From contig JACPMF010000010.1 in NCBI GenBank assembly GCA_016186145.1, positions 8,053 through 72,052 of the forward strand: a stretch of DNA of 64,000 nt. The letters run 5' to 3'. The DNA is from Candidatus Sungiibacteriota bacterium. GTDB taxonomy: Bacteria > Patescibacteriota > Minisyncoccia > Sungbacterales > SURF-37. The notes beneath the pieces were generated by a model. That model was not told the origin of the DNA. It did not search any database and was given only the letters and a program-made list of their open reading frames with translations. Numbering within the stretch: position 1 is the stretch's first letter; each line of letters begins with the position of its first letter. The translations under genes and the position numbers were made by a program. This document shows positions 29,901-38,826 of the stretch, piece by piece.

Positions 29901-30161
29901 CGCCCAAAAAGTTCTCTTGTAGTGGTTGGCGGCTTGGTTCACGGCATAAAAAAAATAGTCACCAAGGCCGGCTCTCCGATGATTTTTGCCACCATAGAAG
30001 ACCTAACCGGAAAAACCGAGGTTTTGGTATTTCCAAAAGTGCTTGAACGCACCGGATCCGTTTGGCAAGAAGATAAAGTGATAAAAATAAAGGGCAGAAT
30101 TTCAGATTCCCCGCGCGATGATGGAATAAAAATTCTTTGCGAGGAGGCGATTGAGATTTAA
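26973..30161 (+). CDS. dnaE: DNA polymerase III alpha subunit
   Basis: HLHVHSHYSLLDG PHP domain, RGSVAGS, PDIDMDF, YGFNKAH. Confidence 0.98.
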   Translation: MANKFTHLHVHSHYSLLDGLAKIDQLVHEAARLDMDSLALTDHGALYGALEFYKKAKAAGIKPIIGAELYVAYERMQDKRPGIDDKRYHLTVLAANQEGYYNLMKLVTKANLEGFYYKPRIDKELLRKHSQGLIALSGCFAGEISRAVQNKKIDAAETLIRGYQEIFGKENFYLEVMPHFNFPDQRRTNEALFVLSEKTGAKLVATNDIHYVKPDDAEAQDILVSVQTGATFSEENRLTMRGANLSMRSAEEMAALFPERPEAIANTQEIASRVNIEIPIGSWIFPSLKLGKGSPDDELRETAYAGIQKRGITLTPEVEARIEYELKIIRDKGFAPYFLTVSDLIGYAHKKGILTNVRGSVAGSLITYLTSITSINPLEYRLPFERFLNPERPSPPDIDMDFADNRRDEVIQYAKDTYGEDKVAQIGTFGTMMARAVVRDVARALEYPYAVGDKIAKFIPEGSQGFPMTIDHAMEISPDLKTLYENDAEAKKIIDQAKKMEGCVRHISVHAAGVVIAPRPLEEYVPLQLDPKGGKIITQYDMHSIEDAGLLKFDFLGIRNLAILGDAVKLTKKHRNIEIDIEQIPLDDKKTFTLLSRGETTGLFQLNGAGMTKYLKDLKPSSIHDINAMVALYRPGPIESIPNYIERKHNPRLVRYLDSRLEEILNQSYGVITYQDDVLLIAIKLAGYSWLEADKLRKAMGKKIPSEMKAQREKLISGFTANGMSHQKAEEFWRLIEPFAAYGFNKAHAASYGRVAYQTAYMKANFPGEYMTAVLTADSGDTEKIAEIVMECGRMRIPVLPPDINESFAKFTLIKGETEKDDKIRFGLETVKNVGGNIVAAIIESREQGGKFSSITNFVERVQHRDLNKKSLESLIKCGAMDMLAERAQLLENLDTILSYNHEQQRQNARGQNSLFAGTPLNTAAAIRLKPALPATKSERLAWERELLGLYISGHPLEEYKEKLQNKVIPLKDLALRPKSSLVVVGGLVHGIKKIVTKAGSPMIFATIEDLTGKTEVLVFPKVLERTGSVWQEDKVIKIKGRISDSPRDDGIKILCEEAIEI

Positions 30162-30266
30162 TCCATCGCAAATATTTAGCACCAAGTGTCTAACAGAATA
30201 TCGACTGCAGATAGTTTGCAGGGCTGAATCTCGACACATAATATATTATTTGTTACACTAGATAAT

Positions 30267-30461
30267 ATGAGAACTCAAACTCGCATCCAAAAATTAGAAA
30301 GAGAAGTCGCGGCGCTTTGGCAAGTGGTTAAATATGAACGACTATGGGATCTTTCGGTGGTTAGGGAAATTCGTAGACGTTCAAAGACGGCCCGAAGAGA
30401 TTTTGCCCAAAAAAGACTACGAACCGAAAATGATGTTTTTGCAAGACTATTTCGTAAATAA
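30267..30461 (+). CDS. Putative antitoxin
   Basis: 64-aa ORF immediately upstream of a RelE-like gene. Confidence 0.6.
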   Translation: MRTQTRIQKLEREVAALWQVVKYERLWDLSVVREIRRRSKTARRDFAQKRLRTENDVFARLFRK

Positions 30462-30464
30462 TCC

Positions 30465-30746
30465 GTGGCAATAGTCTATTTCTCAAAACCGGCTGAACGT
30501 GACTTGAAATTTCTTTTACGCCCCGCAGCGGAAAAATTTCAAGAAGAACTCAAGCGCCTAAAAGCTAATCCGCGCGCAGGAAAAATGCTGCACGGCCCGC
30601 TTCGCGGGTATTTTTCTTATGATTTCTGGGCGGGCGCAGTTTCGTACCGCGCGGCCTATGAAATTGTAAGAAGCAATGTTATTATTCTTATGGTTGGTGC
30701 GCGCGATAATTTCTATAAAAAGTTTTCCAGAAGGATAAGAATTTAG
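30465..30746 (+). CDS. RelE/ParE family toxin
   Basis: FSKPAERDLK, NPRAGKMLHGPLRG, YRAAYEI, VGARDNFY. Confidence 0.85.
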   Translation: MAIVYFSKPAERDLKFLLRPAAEKFQEELKRLKANPRAGKMLHGPLRGYFSYDFWAGAVSYRAAYEIVRSNVIILMVGARDNFYKKFSRRIRI

Positions 30747-30808
30747 TGATGGAAAATAAAAAGGCCGAGGAGGGTTACTCACTCGACAATACTCTGAATG
30801 TATGCGGC

Positions 30809-31126
30809 CTAAGAAATGACGGTGGGGATTTCTTCAAGCCAATAACGTGCTTCCGGATATGTCGCCTGCGCTTCATGGGCCAATGATGGAATACCAGAAT
30901 TGAGCATCGCATGCCTATCAAGAAGTAAAATACTGCAGCCAGTGCGCTTACAAAGACCAATTGCATGTAGCCTACCACCTAAACGTTCTGCAGCACTTTC
31001 GAGAGATTCGGCCATTACCACCCCATGCAGTTTAAGAACAGAAGGAGGAACTCCAAATTCTGCACCAATTTCCCCATAAAATCCGCGCTGAGCAAGAGCG
31101 ATATCGCCGACAAGAAAGGCTTTCAT
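30809..31126 (-). CDS. Hypothetical protein
   Basis: GGGAG SD; 105-aa ORF. Confidence 0.6.
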   Translation of the reverse strand: MKAFLVGDIALAQRGFYGEIGAEFGVPPSVLKLHGVVMAESLESAAERLGGRLHAIGLCKRTGCSILLLDRHAMLNSGIPSLAHEAQATYPEARYWLEEIPTVIS

Positions 31127-31189
31127 CTACGCACTCCCCTTTTTGCTGGGTTAAAAGGTGCTTAATGTGTAATTAATGCTAACAGACAA

Positions 31190-32458
31190 ATGAAAAAAAG
31201 TCAACCACTCGAAAAACTCGGGACTGGTCCTACAGAGAACCAGGAACAACCAAAAGAACTGCCGGAAAATGACCATAGAACGCTCGGACAGCGGCTGGAT
31301 TTGTTTTCATTCCACGACATCTCGCCCGGCGCGCCATTTTGGCATCCGAAGGGCATGCTGATTTTCCGCGAGCTTGAGAAATTCGCTCGAAAGATAAATG
31401 ACCAAAACGGGTACCAAGAAATTTCAACGCCGATCCTTGTAAAAAAGGAGCTTTTTGAAAAGTCCGGCCACTGGGAATACTACAAGGAAAACATATTTTG
31501 GTTCCAAAACCCGCGTGATGAAAATGAAGTTCTTGCTCTTAAATCCATGAATTGTCCGGAATCGTCTTTCATATATAACTCGGCTATCCGAAGCTACAAA
31601 GATTTTCCTTTGCGCTTGGCAGAAATCGGCCGCCTGCACAGAAATGAACTTTCCGGAACCTTAGGCGGATTGCTAAGAGTGAGGCAAATCACAATGGACG
31701 ACGCTCATATTTTTGTACGGCAGGATCAAGCTGTTGAAGAAATTAGAAGTGTGTTGAAAACAATAAATGACTTTTATTCGTCATTTGGTTTTAAACCAAA
31801 ATATGTACTTGCCACAAAACCGGAAAAGGCTCTTGGGACAAAAACGGATTGGGATCTTGCCGAGCAAACATTAAAAGATGCCCTCGAGAAAAGCGGCTTA
31901 TTATATAAGATCGCCGAGAAAGAAGGAGCATTTTACGGCCCCAAAATTGAAGTTCACATCGACGACTCGCAAAATAGAGATTGGCAACTGGGAACAGCGC
32001 AACTCGATACTTTAATGCTGCCTAAGCGGCTTAAATTATCTTATATAGATGAAGACGGCTCGAAACAAACGCCTTGGGTAATTCATCGCGCCGTTTTCGG
32101 TTCGTTTGAGCGTTTTATCGCTATTCTCTTGGAGCATTTCAACGGCGCGCTTCCCTTTTGGCTATCCCCCATACAAGTCGCGATTCTGCCCATAAACGAC
32201 AAGGTAACCGGCTATTGTTCGGAGATCGCGGCTAAACTCAGTAAAGCCGATATCCGATTCTGGCTCGACGATCGGAATGAGAGCATTGGGAAAAAAATCC
32301 GAGAAGCAGAAATGCAAAAAATTCCCTACCTTTTGGTGGTCGGCGACCGAGAAGCCGCCGGCAATGTTGTAAGCATCAGAGAGCGCGGCAAAGGAGATAC
32401 CGGCCAGAAACCCCTTGAAAAATTTTTGGAAATGGTGTATACTGAAAAAATACCTTAA
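31190..32458 (+). CDS. thrS: Threonine--tRNA ligase lacking N-terminal TGS/editing domains
   Basis: DHRTLG, SGHW, MNCP, RNELSG, RVRQITMDDAH, AFYGPKI, HRAVFGSFERF. Confidence 0.97.
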   Translation: MKKSQPLEKLGTGPTENQEQPKELPENDHRTLGQRLDLFSFHDISPGAPFWHPKGMLIFRELEKFARKINDQNGYQEISTPILVKKELFEKSGHWEYYKENIFWFQNPRDENEVLALKSMNCPESSFIYNSAIRSYKDFPLRLAEIGRLHRNELSGTLGGLLRVRQITMDDAHIFVRQDQAVEEIRSVLKTINDFYSSFGFKPKYVLATKPEKALGTKTDWDLAEQTLKDALEKSGLLYKIAEKEGAFYGPKIEVHIDDSQNRDWQLGTAQLDTLMLPKRLKLSYIDEDGSKQTPWVIHRAVFGSFERFIAILLEHFNGALPFWLSPIQVAILPINDKVTGYCSEIAAKLSKADIRFWLDDRNESIGKKIREAEMQKIPYLLVVGDREAAGNVVSIRERGKGDTGQKPLEKFLEMVYTEKIP

Positions 32459-32562
32459 TAGTTCTTTATACCCGTTTATCCTTTAACGAGAGTTCCCCGG
32501 ACGGATCTCTCCTGAAAGGATAAGCCCGTCCCATCGGCAGAAAAAAGAAAGGAGGACAGATC

Positions 32563-32805
32563 GTGGATCAGAAGGACACTCTCGTGACGCGGTTGTTTGA
32601 GGTAACAAAAAAGTCATGGAATGACTACGAAGGGGCCCGTAGAGACGGCGACATACAAAGAATGCGTTCATCCTACGATGAGGTAACGAGACTTCTTCGG
32701 ATTTTGCATATTTCCGGCTGCCAATCCGAGGTGACAACGTTCCTCCGGCAAAACGAAATGCCGGTGAGAGCGATTCTTGCCAAGATCGCTCAAAACGGAC
32801 AATAA
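32563..32805 (+). CDS. Hypothetical protein
   Basis: AGGAGG SD + GTG; followed by a hairpin/U-tract at ~32815-32838. Confidence 0.6.
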   Translation: MDQKDTLVTRLFEVTKKSWNDYEGARRDGDIQRMRSSYDEVTRLLRILHISGCQSEVTTFLRQNEMPVRAILAKIAQNGQ

Positions 32806-32894
32806 TCGAAAACGACGCGTCCCCGCGGGCGTTTTTTTCTTTATATGGTATACTTTGGAACGAAACAAATTCCTCAACAAAACTATTTCTCAAT

Positions 32895-33844
32895 ATGGAA
32901 AAAGAAGCGCAAAAGCTTATTGTCATCATAGGACCAACCGCATCCGGCAAATCAGAACTTGCAGTACGGCTTGCAAAAAAATTCAGCGGAGAAATTATAT
33001 CGGCTGATTCGCGCCAAGTCTACCGCGAGCTTGATATTGGCACGGGAAAAGTTCCGGGAAAATGGCGACAAAAACCAAAGGTTTTTGTGTACAAAGCCAT
33101 CCCTCATTACTGCATTGATTTTGTTTCTCCAAAAAGAGTTTTCACGGCGGCAGATTTCAAGAAGTGCGCGGAGGGCGCAATCCAGGACATAAATCGCCGC
33201 GGCAAAATTCCTGTTATGGCAGGCGGCACGGGATTTTACATTGATGCCGTTTTATATGAAAACCTCCTTCCGAATGTTCCGCCGAATAAAACGCTTCGCA
33301 ATACCCTTTCCCAAAAGAGCGCCCGGAAGCTGTTTATGTTGCTGAAAAGACTTGACCCCGAACGGGCAAAAAATATTGACCGGAAAAATCCGCGGCGATT
33401 AATCCGCGCAATCGAAATTGCCAAGGCTCTGGGACGGGTTCCCAAATTCAAAAAAAATCAAATTATACGATACTCTGGATTGGAGTTTCGCGCCCTGATA
33501 TCGAACTGAAGCAGCGAATACACAAACGGCTTATTATGCGGCTCCGGGAAGGCATGATACGAGAAGCGCGAACTCTCCGCAAGCGAGGACTTGCGTGGAA
33601 AAGATTTTATGAGCTCGGCCTTGAATACCGTTTTTTAGCCGAATACCTGCGCAAAAAATTGAGCCACAAAGAGATGGTAACACGGCTTGAGCGCGCCATT
33701 AAAAACTATGCGCGGCGCCAAAAAACGTGGTTTCGAAAGAATACCAAAATAAATTGGGTATCGAGCTCCGGCGAAACAGAAAGATTGGTTAAACACTTTT
33801 TGAAGGAAGTAGTTATGCCGGTCAGAGGGAAAACCGATAAATGA
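32895..33844 (+). CDS. miaA: tRNA dimethylallyltransferase; frameshifted at A8 run 33450-33457
   Basis: GPTASGKS, ADSRQVY, GGTGFY, RRLIRAIE; GLEY..YARRQKTWF in the second frame; one added A joins them. Confidence 0.93.
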
Positions 33845-35630
33845 GGAAAGCGGTCTCGCCATGGAAATTCTTTATCTCGCGATATGGTTTTACGCCGGCA
33901 TTTTTCAATTCGTTCTCAAAAATATCGCCGTCATCGGCGAGCGATCTTCTTCTCACTTCTCGAGCCAAAACGTTTTCGGTGTTTTGAACAAAGTAAACTT
34001 CACGAACGCCGATTCGTTCAAAATAATCTCTTCCGTTTTCTGCAAGCACCCGCCGGTATGTTTCGGCGTCCGCAATCGGCCAGCCGTGATACACCGCTCT
34101 TCGTAAAAAGGTCCAGAGTTGCGGCCCAAGCGCTTGGTTGCCGTTATAAACAAACATCCACGCTTCTGGCTCAAGGTTTTTGATGACATCCTCTTCAAAG
34201 GTCCGATCAAGGAGTTCGGCAATAACCGGGTAGTCGAAACTTACCATCACCTCCGGTCTCTTTCCGGCAAGCTCCGTTGATATAAAATCTTCCAGCTGAT
34301 TATAGCCCCAGTTGTAGTTGTCTCGGCGCACTTCTGCGGCATAGGCCCACGGAGCACCGCCAACCGGAGAAAGCGCAATAGCGGAGTTATACGAATAGAA
34401 AATCTCAAAAATGACTATAAATGCAAAAATTAAATTTGTAGTAAAAAATCTCCTACAGCCAACTGTATCAATAGACTGAACTATTGAACCAAATGGCTTC
34501 ATAACGAATTTACCAGTATGTACAACAAAAAAACCAGCGGCAAGCGAAAGCCACGGGACGAGCATGGTAAGAAAACGCTCGGTAGGACCGATAACCACCA
34601 TAAATACAGCAAGCCATAAGAAAAACGAGAGGAATATAATATGCGATTTGGCCCGCCTCAATATAAGAAAAAGTCCGCCGAATGAAAGCAAAAGGAAAAA
34701 CGGCGAGTTTGTCCTAAAAAGTGTTGGCAAGTAGCTGCGAAAGCGATCGCCAAAAGAGCCGATTTCTTCCTTGCCGGGCATATCAGACCATGCGGCAACA
34801 TTCTGGCCGAAAACATAAGAAAACTGAAAATCAAAATGCCCAAAGTTTTGGTAAAGACCGATGTTATAGATAATAACCGGGCTTACAAAAACAAGAAGAC
34901 AAAAAATAGAAAGTGGAAAATAGAAACTTTTCAGATAATCTCTTCGGAGGATAATAAAAATTGTTAAAAAAACCGGAGCCAATATAAAAGCTGTATACTT
35001 AGCAAGAAAGGAAATGCCGGTCAAAACGGCCGCTGCTAAAAACCACGCACCATTTTTAATTCTTACTTTTCCTGTGCCATGCGCATCTGTACCAATAGAC
35101 TGAACTATTGAACCGGGTAGAGAATGACTACGAAACGAACGAATGAAACAATAAGCGGCGGCAAGCATCAACGCGATAACAATTGATTCCTGAAGCGCTA
35201 CGCGGGAAATCCAAACATGTCCTACCGTAACGGCAAAAAATAGGGCGCTTATCACACCGATAGATTTTGAATATAATTCCCGGCCGATAAGGTAAAGGAG
35301 GACGACAGAAACTACACCAGCAAGCGCTGCCGGAGTCCTTCCGGCAAAAATATTTTCGCCAAAGCTCTTAAACGATAAATATTCAAAAAAGAAAACAAGT
35401 AACGGATGATCGTGGAAAGACAATTTCATCCACCACGGCGCGCTTATAACCCATTGAATTGGGGTCGGCTGTTCAATCCCAAAATTAAAATCAAGCATCT
35501 TCATTCCGCGCGCCATATAGCTTGCCTCGTCAGTAACTACGTCGTTGCGATCAAGTTGCCAGAAATAAAAAATGGCTGATAAGGCAATTATTGCTCCGAG
35601 TATTAAAATATTTATTTTGGGTATTGACAA
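33822..35630 (-). CDS. ArnT/PMT-family (GT-C) glycosyltransferase
   Basis: TDEASY, HDHPLL, SRVALQE, AKY; multi-TM. Confidence 0.88.
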   Translation of the reverse strand: MSIPKINILILGAIIALSAIFYFWQLDRNDVVTDEASYMARGMKMLDFNFGIEQPTPIQWVISAPWWMKLSFHDHPLLVFFFEYLSFKSFGENIFAGRTPAALAGVVSVVLLYLIGRELYSKSIGVISALFFAVTVGHVWISRVALQESIVIALMLAAAYCFIRSFRSHSLPGSIVQSIGTDAHGTGKVRIKNGAWFLAAAVLTGISFLAKYTAFILAPVFLTIFIILRRDYLKSFYFPLSIFCLLVFVSPVIIYNIGLYQNFGHFDFQFSYVFGQNVAAWSDMPGKEEIGSFGDRFRSYLPTLFRTNSPFFLLLSFGGLFLILRRAKSHIIFLSFFLWLAVFMVVIGPTERFLTMLVPWLSLAAGFFVVHTGKFVMKPFGSIVQSIDTVGCRRFFTTNLIFAFIVIFEIFYSYNSAIALSPVGGAPWAYAAEVRRDNYNWGYNQLEDFISTELAGKRPEVMVSFDYPVIAELLDRTFEEDVIKNLEPEAWMFVYNGNQALGPQLWTFLRRAVYHGWPIADAETYRRVLAENGRDYFERIGVREVYFVQNTENVLAREVRRRSLADDGDIFENELKNAGVKPYREIKNFHGETAFLIYRFSL

Positions 35631-35690
35631 AAAATTATAAACTTGTTATATTAGCAGTATATTTTTAAACTGGAGCAGGGGGAGGAAAGA

Positions 35691-35996
35691 ATGCCTTTTC
35701 TAAGAATCATCTGTCTAAACAGGCTTGAAAACCTTGACATGTTAATTCTTTCAACTCTCGTTGGCTCAATTTTTGGCCAAGACAAAGAGATAGGCTACTT
35801 TGAAGGTGGTAAAACTATAGAGATCGTTGGAGATGTGAGTTCACTGAGGGCTGTTCAAGAAGGGGTTTATGGTCACTGGCCCGTCAACGCACGGTTTCAA
35901 GAATTGGCCCTTGGATTCTACCCCGGCGGTCTGAAATCATGGCATAAAGATTTTCCGCGCCTTATGGCCAAAGTAACCGATGTTCAAATGCTGTGA
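35691..35996 (+). CDS. Hypothetical protein
   Basis: GGAGG SD; TTGACA-type promoter upstream. Confidence 0.6.
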   Translation: MPFLRIICLNRLENLDMLILSTLVGSIFGQDKEIGYFEGGKTIEIVGDVSSLRAVQEGVYGHWPVNARFQELALGFYPGGLKSWHKDFPRLMAKVTDVQML

Positions 35997-36039
35997 AGCA
36001 AGACTTTTTCCACCACGCCGCATGGCCTGGTGGTTTATT

Positions 36040-36288
36040 TTAATATGCTCTGCTTCTATGCTTTATCCTATAAATTTTCACTTCTTTGATCCCGTCGTCT
36101 ATCTCATATAAAACCCGCCAATCACCGATGCGAATCCTCCAAGCATTTTTAGAACCAATAAGTTTTAGGGCGCTATCACGAGGGTTAACTCTCAATTTCA
36201 AAAGCCGCTCAATGATACGATTATGCATTGAACGCTCCAACAAACCCAGATCGCGCTCGGCCCTTGATTCAAGTAAAACTCTATACAC
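36040..36288 (-). CDS. RelE family toxin
   Basis: AERDL, NPR, KLIG, WRIRIGDWRVLYEID, IKHR. Confidence 0.92.
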   Translation of the reverse strand: MYRVLLESRAERDLGLLERSMHNRIIERLLKLRVNPRDSALKLIGSKNAWRIRIGDWRVLYEIDDGIKEVKIYRIKHRSRAY

Positions 36289-36475
36289 GTTTGCCGAGAT
36301 AATTTTTTAGTTCTCTAAATGAAGTTTTAGATTTTTTAATTCTGCGAAGCTCGGCTAAATCTTCCTTATCATCAATACTTTCAAGCAGTTTTTCATATTT
36401 TTTTATATCTAAAATAACCGCCTGCGGCTTTCCATTGCGGATGATAATTTGCGGTCTTGTCTCTACAATTGACAT
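36281..36475 (-). CDS. Phd/YefM family antitoxin
   Basis: IIRNGKPQAVILDIKKYEKL; overlaps the toxin start. Confidence 0.88.
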   Translation of the reverse strand: MSIVETRPQIIIRNGKPQAVILDIKKYEKLLESIDDKEDLAELRRIKKSKTSFRELKNYLGKRV

Positions 36476-36509
36476 ATTTCAATAATACAGTTTATAAGAA
36501 GTCAGTCAA

Positions 36510-37619
36510 CTAAACACCTTCTTCTCTCAATTTTTCAATAATCTCCCGCGCTTTTTTAGAAAGTTTTTTAGGCGTCTCAACTTTTATCTCAACCAAAAGA
36601 TCGCCTCGGCCGTAACCGGAAGTATGCGGGACGCCCTTGCCGCGGATTTTTAAAATATCGCCGGACTCGGTGCCTTCCGGGATTTTTAGAGAAATGCTGC
36701 CGTCAGGAGTTGCCGCGTCAACTTTAGAGCCAAGCGCGGCATCGGTAAATTTAATCGGCAAAGACATAATAATATCATCAGCCTGACGCTTGTATATTTT
36801 TGACGGTATAACATGAGTCTTTACGTATAAATCGCCGGGTGTGCCTCGGACAACCGACGCTTCGCCTTTGCCGGAAACTTTTAAAATTTCATTGTTATTT
36901 ATTCCCGCAGGCACAAAAATTTCAATCCGCTCAGCGCGCTCCACCGCCCCCCTGCCCTTGCAAGAACGGCACGGCGTTTCGGGAACCTCGCCTTTCCCCG
37001 CGCACTCCGCGCAAACGCTCACTTGGGAAAATACGCCAAGAATCGTTCTCTGTGTCCGTTCTATCTTGCCGGATCCGTGACAAACCGCGCACGTTATCAT
37101 TTTAGTTTTATCTTCCGCCCCGCTTCCGCCGCATTGCTCACACTGAGAAAGCTTATTCAGCGATACTTCGTGTTTACCGCCAAAAATCATCTCCTCAAAC
37201 TGTATTTCAAGGTCTATCTGAATATCTTTTCCGCGTTTTGTTCTTGGTTCACGCCTTCCTCCTCCGAAGCCAGCGCCGCCGAGCATCTCGTCAAAAACGT
37301 CAGAAAGGTCGAATTCGGCAAAATCTTTAAAATCTCCGCCAAAATTGAACCCGCCAAAACCCCCTGCTTTGCCAAAATCAAATCCGCCTTGCCCAAAAGG
37401 CGACCCGCCCTCAAACACTCTCCCAAATTGGTCGTATTGCGAGCGCTTTTTATCATCTCCCAGTACCTGGTAAGCCTCATTTACTTCTTTGAACCGCTCC
37501 TCATTGCCGCCTTGTTTATCAGGATGATAAATATGCGCCATTTTTCGATAGGCCTTTTTTATGTCCTCTTTTGAGGCATTTCTAGGAACCCCGAGTGTTT
37601 TATAGTAGTCCTTATTCAT
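36510..37619 (-). CDS. dnaJ: Chaperone DnaJ
   Basis: J domain HPD, G/F region, four CxxCxGxG repeats. Confidence 0.98.
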   Translation of the reverse strand: MNKDYYKTLGVPRNASKEDIKKAYRKMAHIYHPDKQGGNEERFKEVNEAYQVLGDDKKRSQYDQFGRVFEGGSPFGQGGFDFGKAGGFGGFNFGGDFKDFAEFDLSDVFDEMLGGAGFGGGRREPRTKRGKDIQIDLEIQFEEMIFGGKHEVSLNKLSQCEQCGGSGAEDKTKMITCAVCHGSGKIERTQRTILGVFSQVSVCAECAGKGEVPETPCRSCKGRGAVERAERIEIFVPAGINNNEILKVSGKGEASVVRGTPGDLYVKTHVIPSKIYKRQADDIIMSLPIKFTDAALGSKVDAATPDGSISLKIPEGTESGDILKIRGKGVPHTSGYGRGDLLVEIKVETPKKLSKKAREIIEKLREEGV

Positions 37620-37626
37620 AATTCAT

Positions 37627-37720
37627 AATGCGAAAGTTGCAAATTTTATGCGAATATCCCAAATGGGTATCCTATATCTTCAATTCGCGGCATTCGCATA
37701 TCCATTCGTAGTATTTGCAT
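37627..37720. repeat. GCGAAT/ATTCGC-type imperfect inverted repeat
   Basis: aatgcgaa..tgcaaat..tgcgaat / attcgc..attcgc..attcgt..atttgcatt. Confidence 0.7.
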
Positions 37721-37724
37721 TATA

Positions 37725-38651
37725 TTATAACGTTAATCTCTCCACTTCCACACTTACAGTTTCCCTCTTTATTACCCCGAGCGCAAGAAGCATTTTGATG
37801 GATCCCCAAACGACTCCGAGTGAAATTAAATAAAGCGGAAAGGTAAGCGCCTTAATCGCAAGGAAAAATCCGAAGGCGGATAAATACGGAACATAACGCT
37901 TATACTCTCCGAGAAAATCTTCAATTTTTTGGTTCGCAAGCCGATAAATGAGATTTCCGGCGCGTTCCTTGCCGGAAACATTAATGCCAAGACCTTGTTC
38001 CAGGACTTTCCGCTGCTCTTCCACCAGTTTTTCTATTTGCGATCGAGAAGTTTGAGAGATACCGGTGCTTTTTAACTGATCTTCTGCGTTTTTGCGAAGC
38101 AACTCATCAACAGAAGCCGATGCCTGAAAACCGGGAATGATATTTTGCAAAGCGTCCTCGAGATACGGCAAAGTGAGTTCAAAGGCGGTTTCGGGTATAA
38201 ATGTCTGTTCATCAGAAACAATAATCCTGGAAAAATAAAAAATGGACACCATCACGGCAACAGCGGTGAAAAAAAACGGAAGGCCTTGCCGTAAAACCTT
38301 ATTGACGCCGAATGTATTCTCGCTCTTAGCCGCTTTCCGAATACTGCGATACGCCAATAAACCGAACAAAAGCGTTAACACGAGGCCCGAAATAACCGGC
38401 ATGCTTGCTCTGACAAAAAAGAAGGAGCCCGTGAATGCCGCGAAAACAGCGGCAACTCCCAACCACAACGTCTCCCCGAGCATGGCAACAAGCGCAAGAG
38501 CCGTCGCGAAAAGAAAAAGTGAGGCAATCGGCAAAGAAAAAAGAACACCGTCGCTGAAAACTCCTAAAAAAACAAGCTGCTTCCACAAGTAGGCATTAAA
38601 AATGCCGGAAGTTACGACAAGAATCGCGATGATTAACTCTTTAACACTCAT
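37725..38651 (-). CDS. Hypothetical membrane protein
   Basis: Multiple TM segments; between dnaK and dnaJ. Confidence 0.8.
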   Translation of the reverse strand: MSVKELIIAILVVTSGIFNAYLWKQLVFLGVFSDGVLFSLPIASLFLFATALALVAMLGETLWLGVAAVFAAFTGSFFFVRASMPVISGLVLTLLFGLLAYRSIRKAAKSENTFGVNKVLRQGLPFFFTAVAVMVSIFYFSRIIVSDEQTFIPETAFELTLPYLEDALQNIIPGFQASASVDELLRKNAEDQLKSTGISQTSRSQIEKLVEEQRKVLEQGLGINVSGKERAGNLIYRLANQKIEDFLGEYKRYVPYLSAFGFFLAIKALTFPLYLISLGVVWGSIKMLLALGVIKRETVSVEVERLTL

Positions 38652-38689
38652 GATTGACAACCAAGATATCTTTCGAGTAACCTTTTTAA

Positions 38690-38826
38690 GGAAGCTATGC
38701 GGCGGCGCGGCCCGGATGCAGGGCGCTCGCCGGAGGCGAGAGGTGCAGGTAAAACCCTGTCACGCCGCACGGCTTCTGCCGCCGGAGTGGATTAGATACC
38801 CACTGCAATTCCGGCGGCTCTTTTAT
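38690..38826 (+). ncRNA. Candidate structured ncRNA with tRNA-like domain
   Basis: TTGACA-N18-TAACCT upstream; cloverleaf 38691-38776; GC hairpin followed by U-rich tract. Confidence 0.5.

Noticed and set aside
26973-30161. Intein or intron in dnaE
   Set aside because: Normal length, continuous motifs, no splicing signatures.
30267-36475. Prophage or island bounded by two TA pairs
   Set aside because: The interval contains core genes (thrS, miaA) and no integrase or att repeats.
38789-38801. 16S rRNA gene fragment
   Set aside because: Only 13 nt match and the flanks are not rRNA-like; kept only as a motif in the ncRNA candidate.
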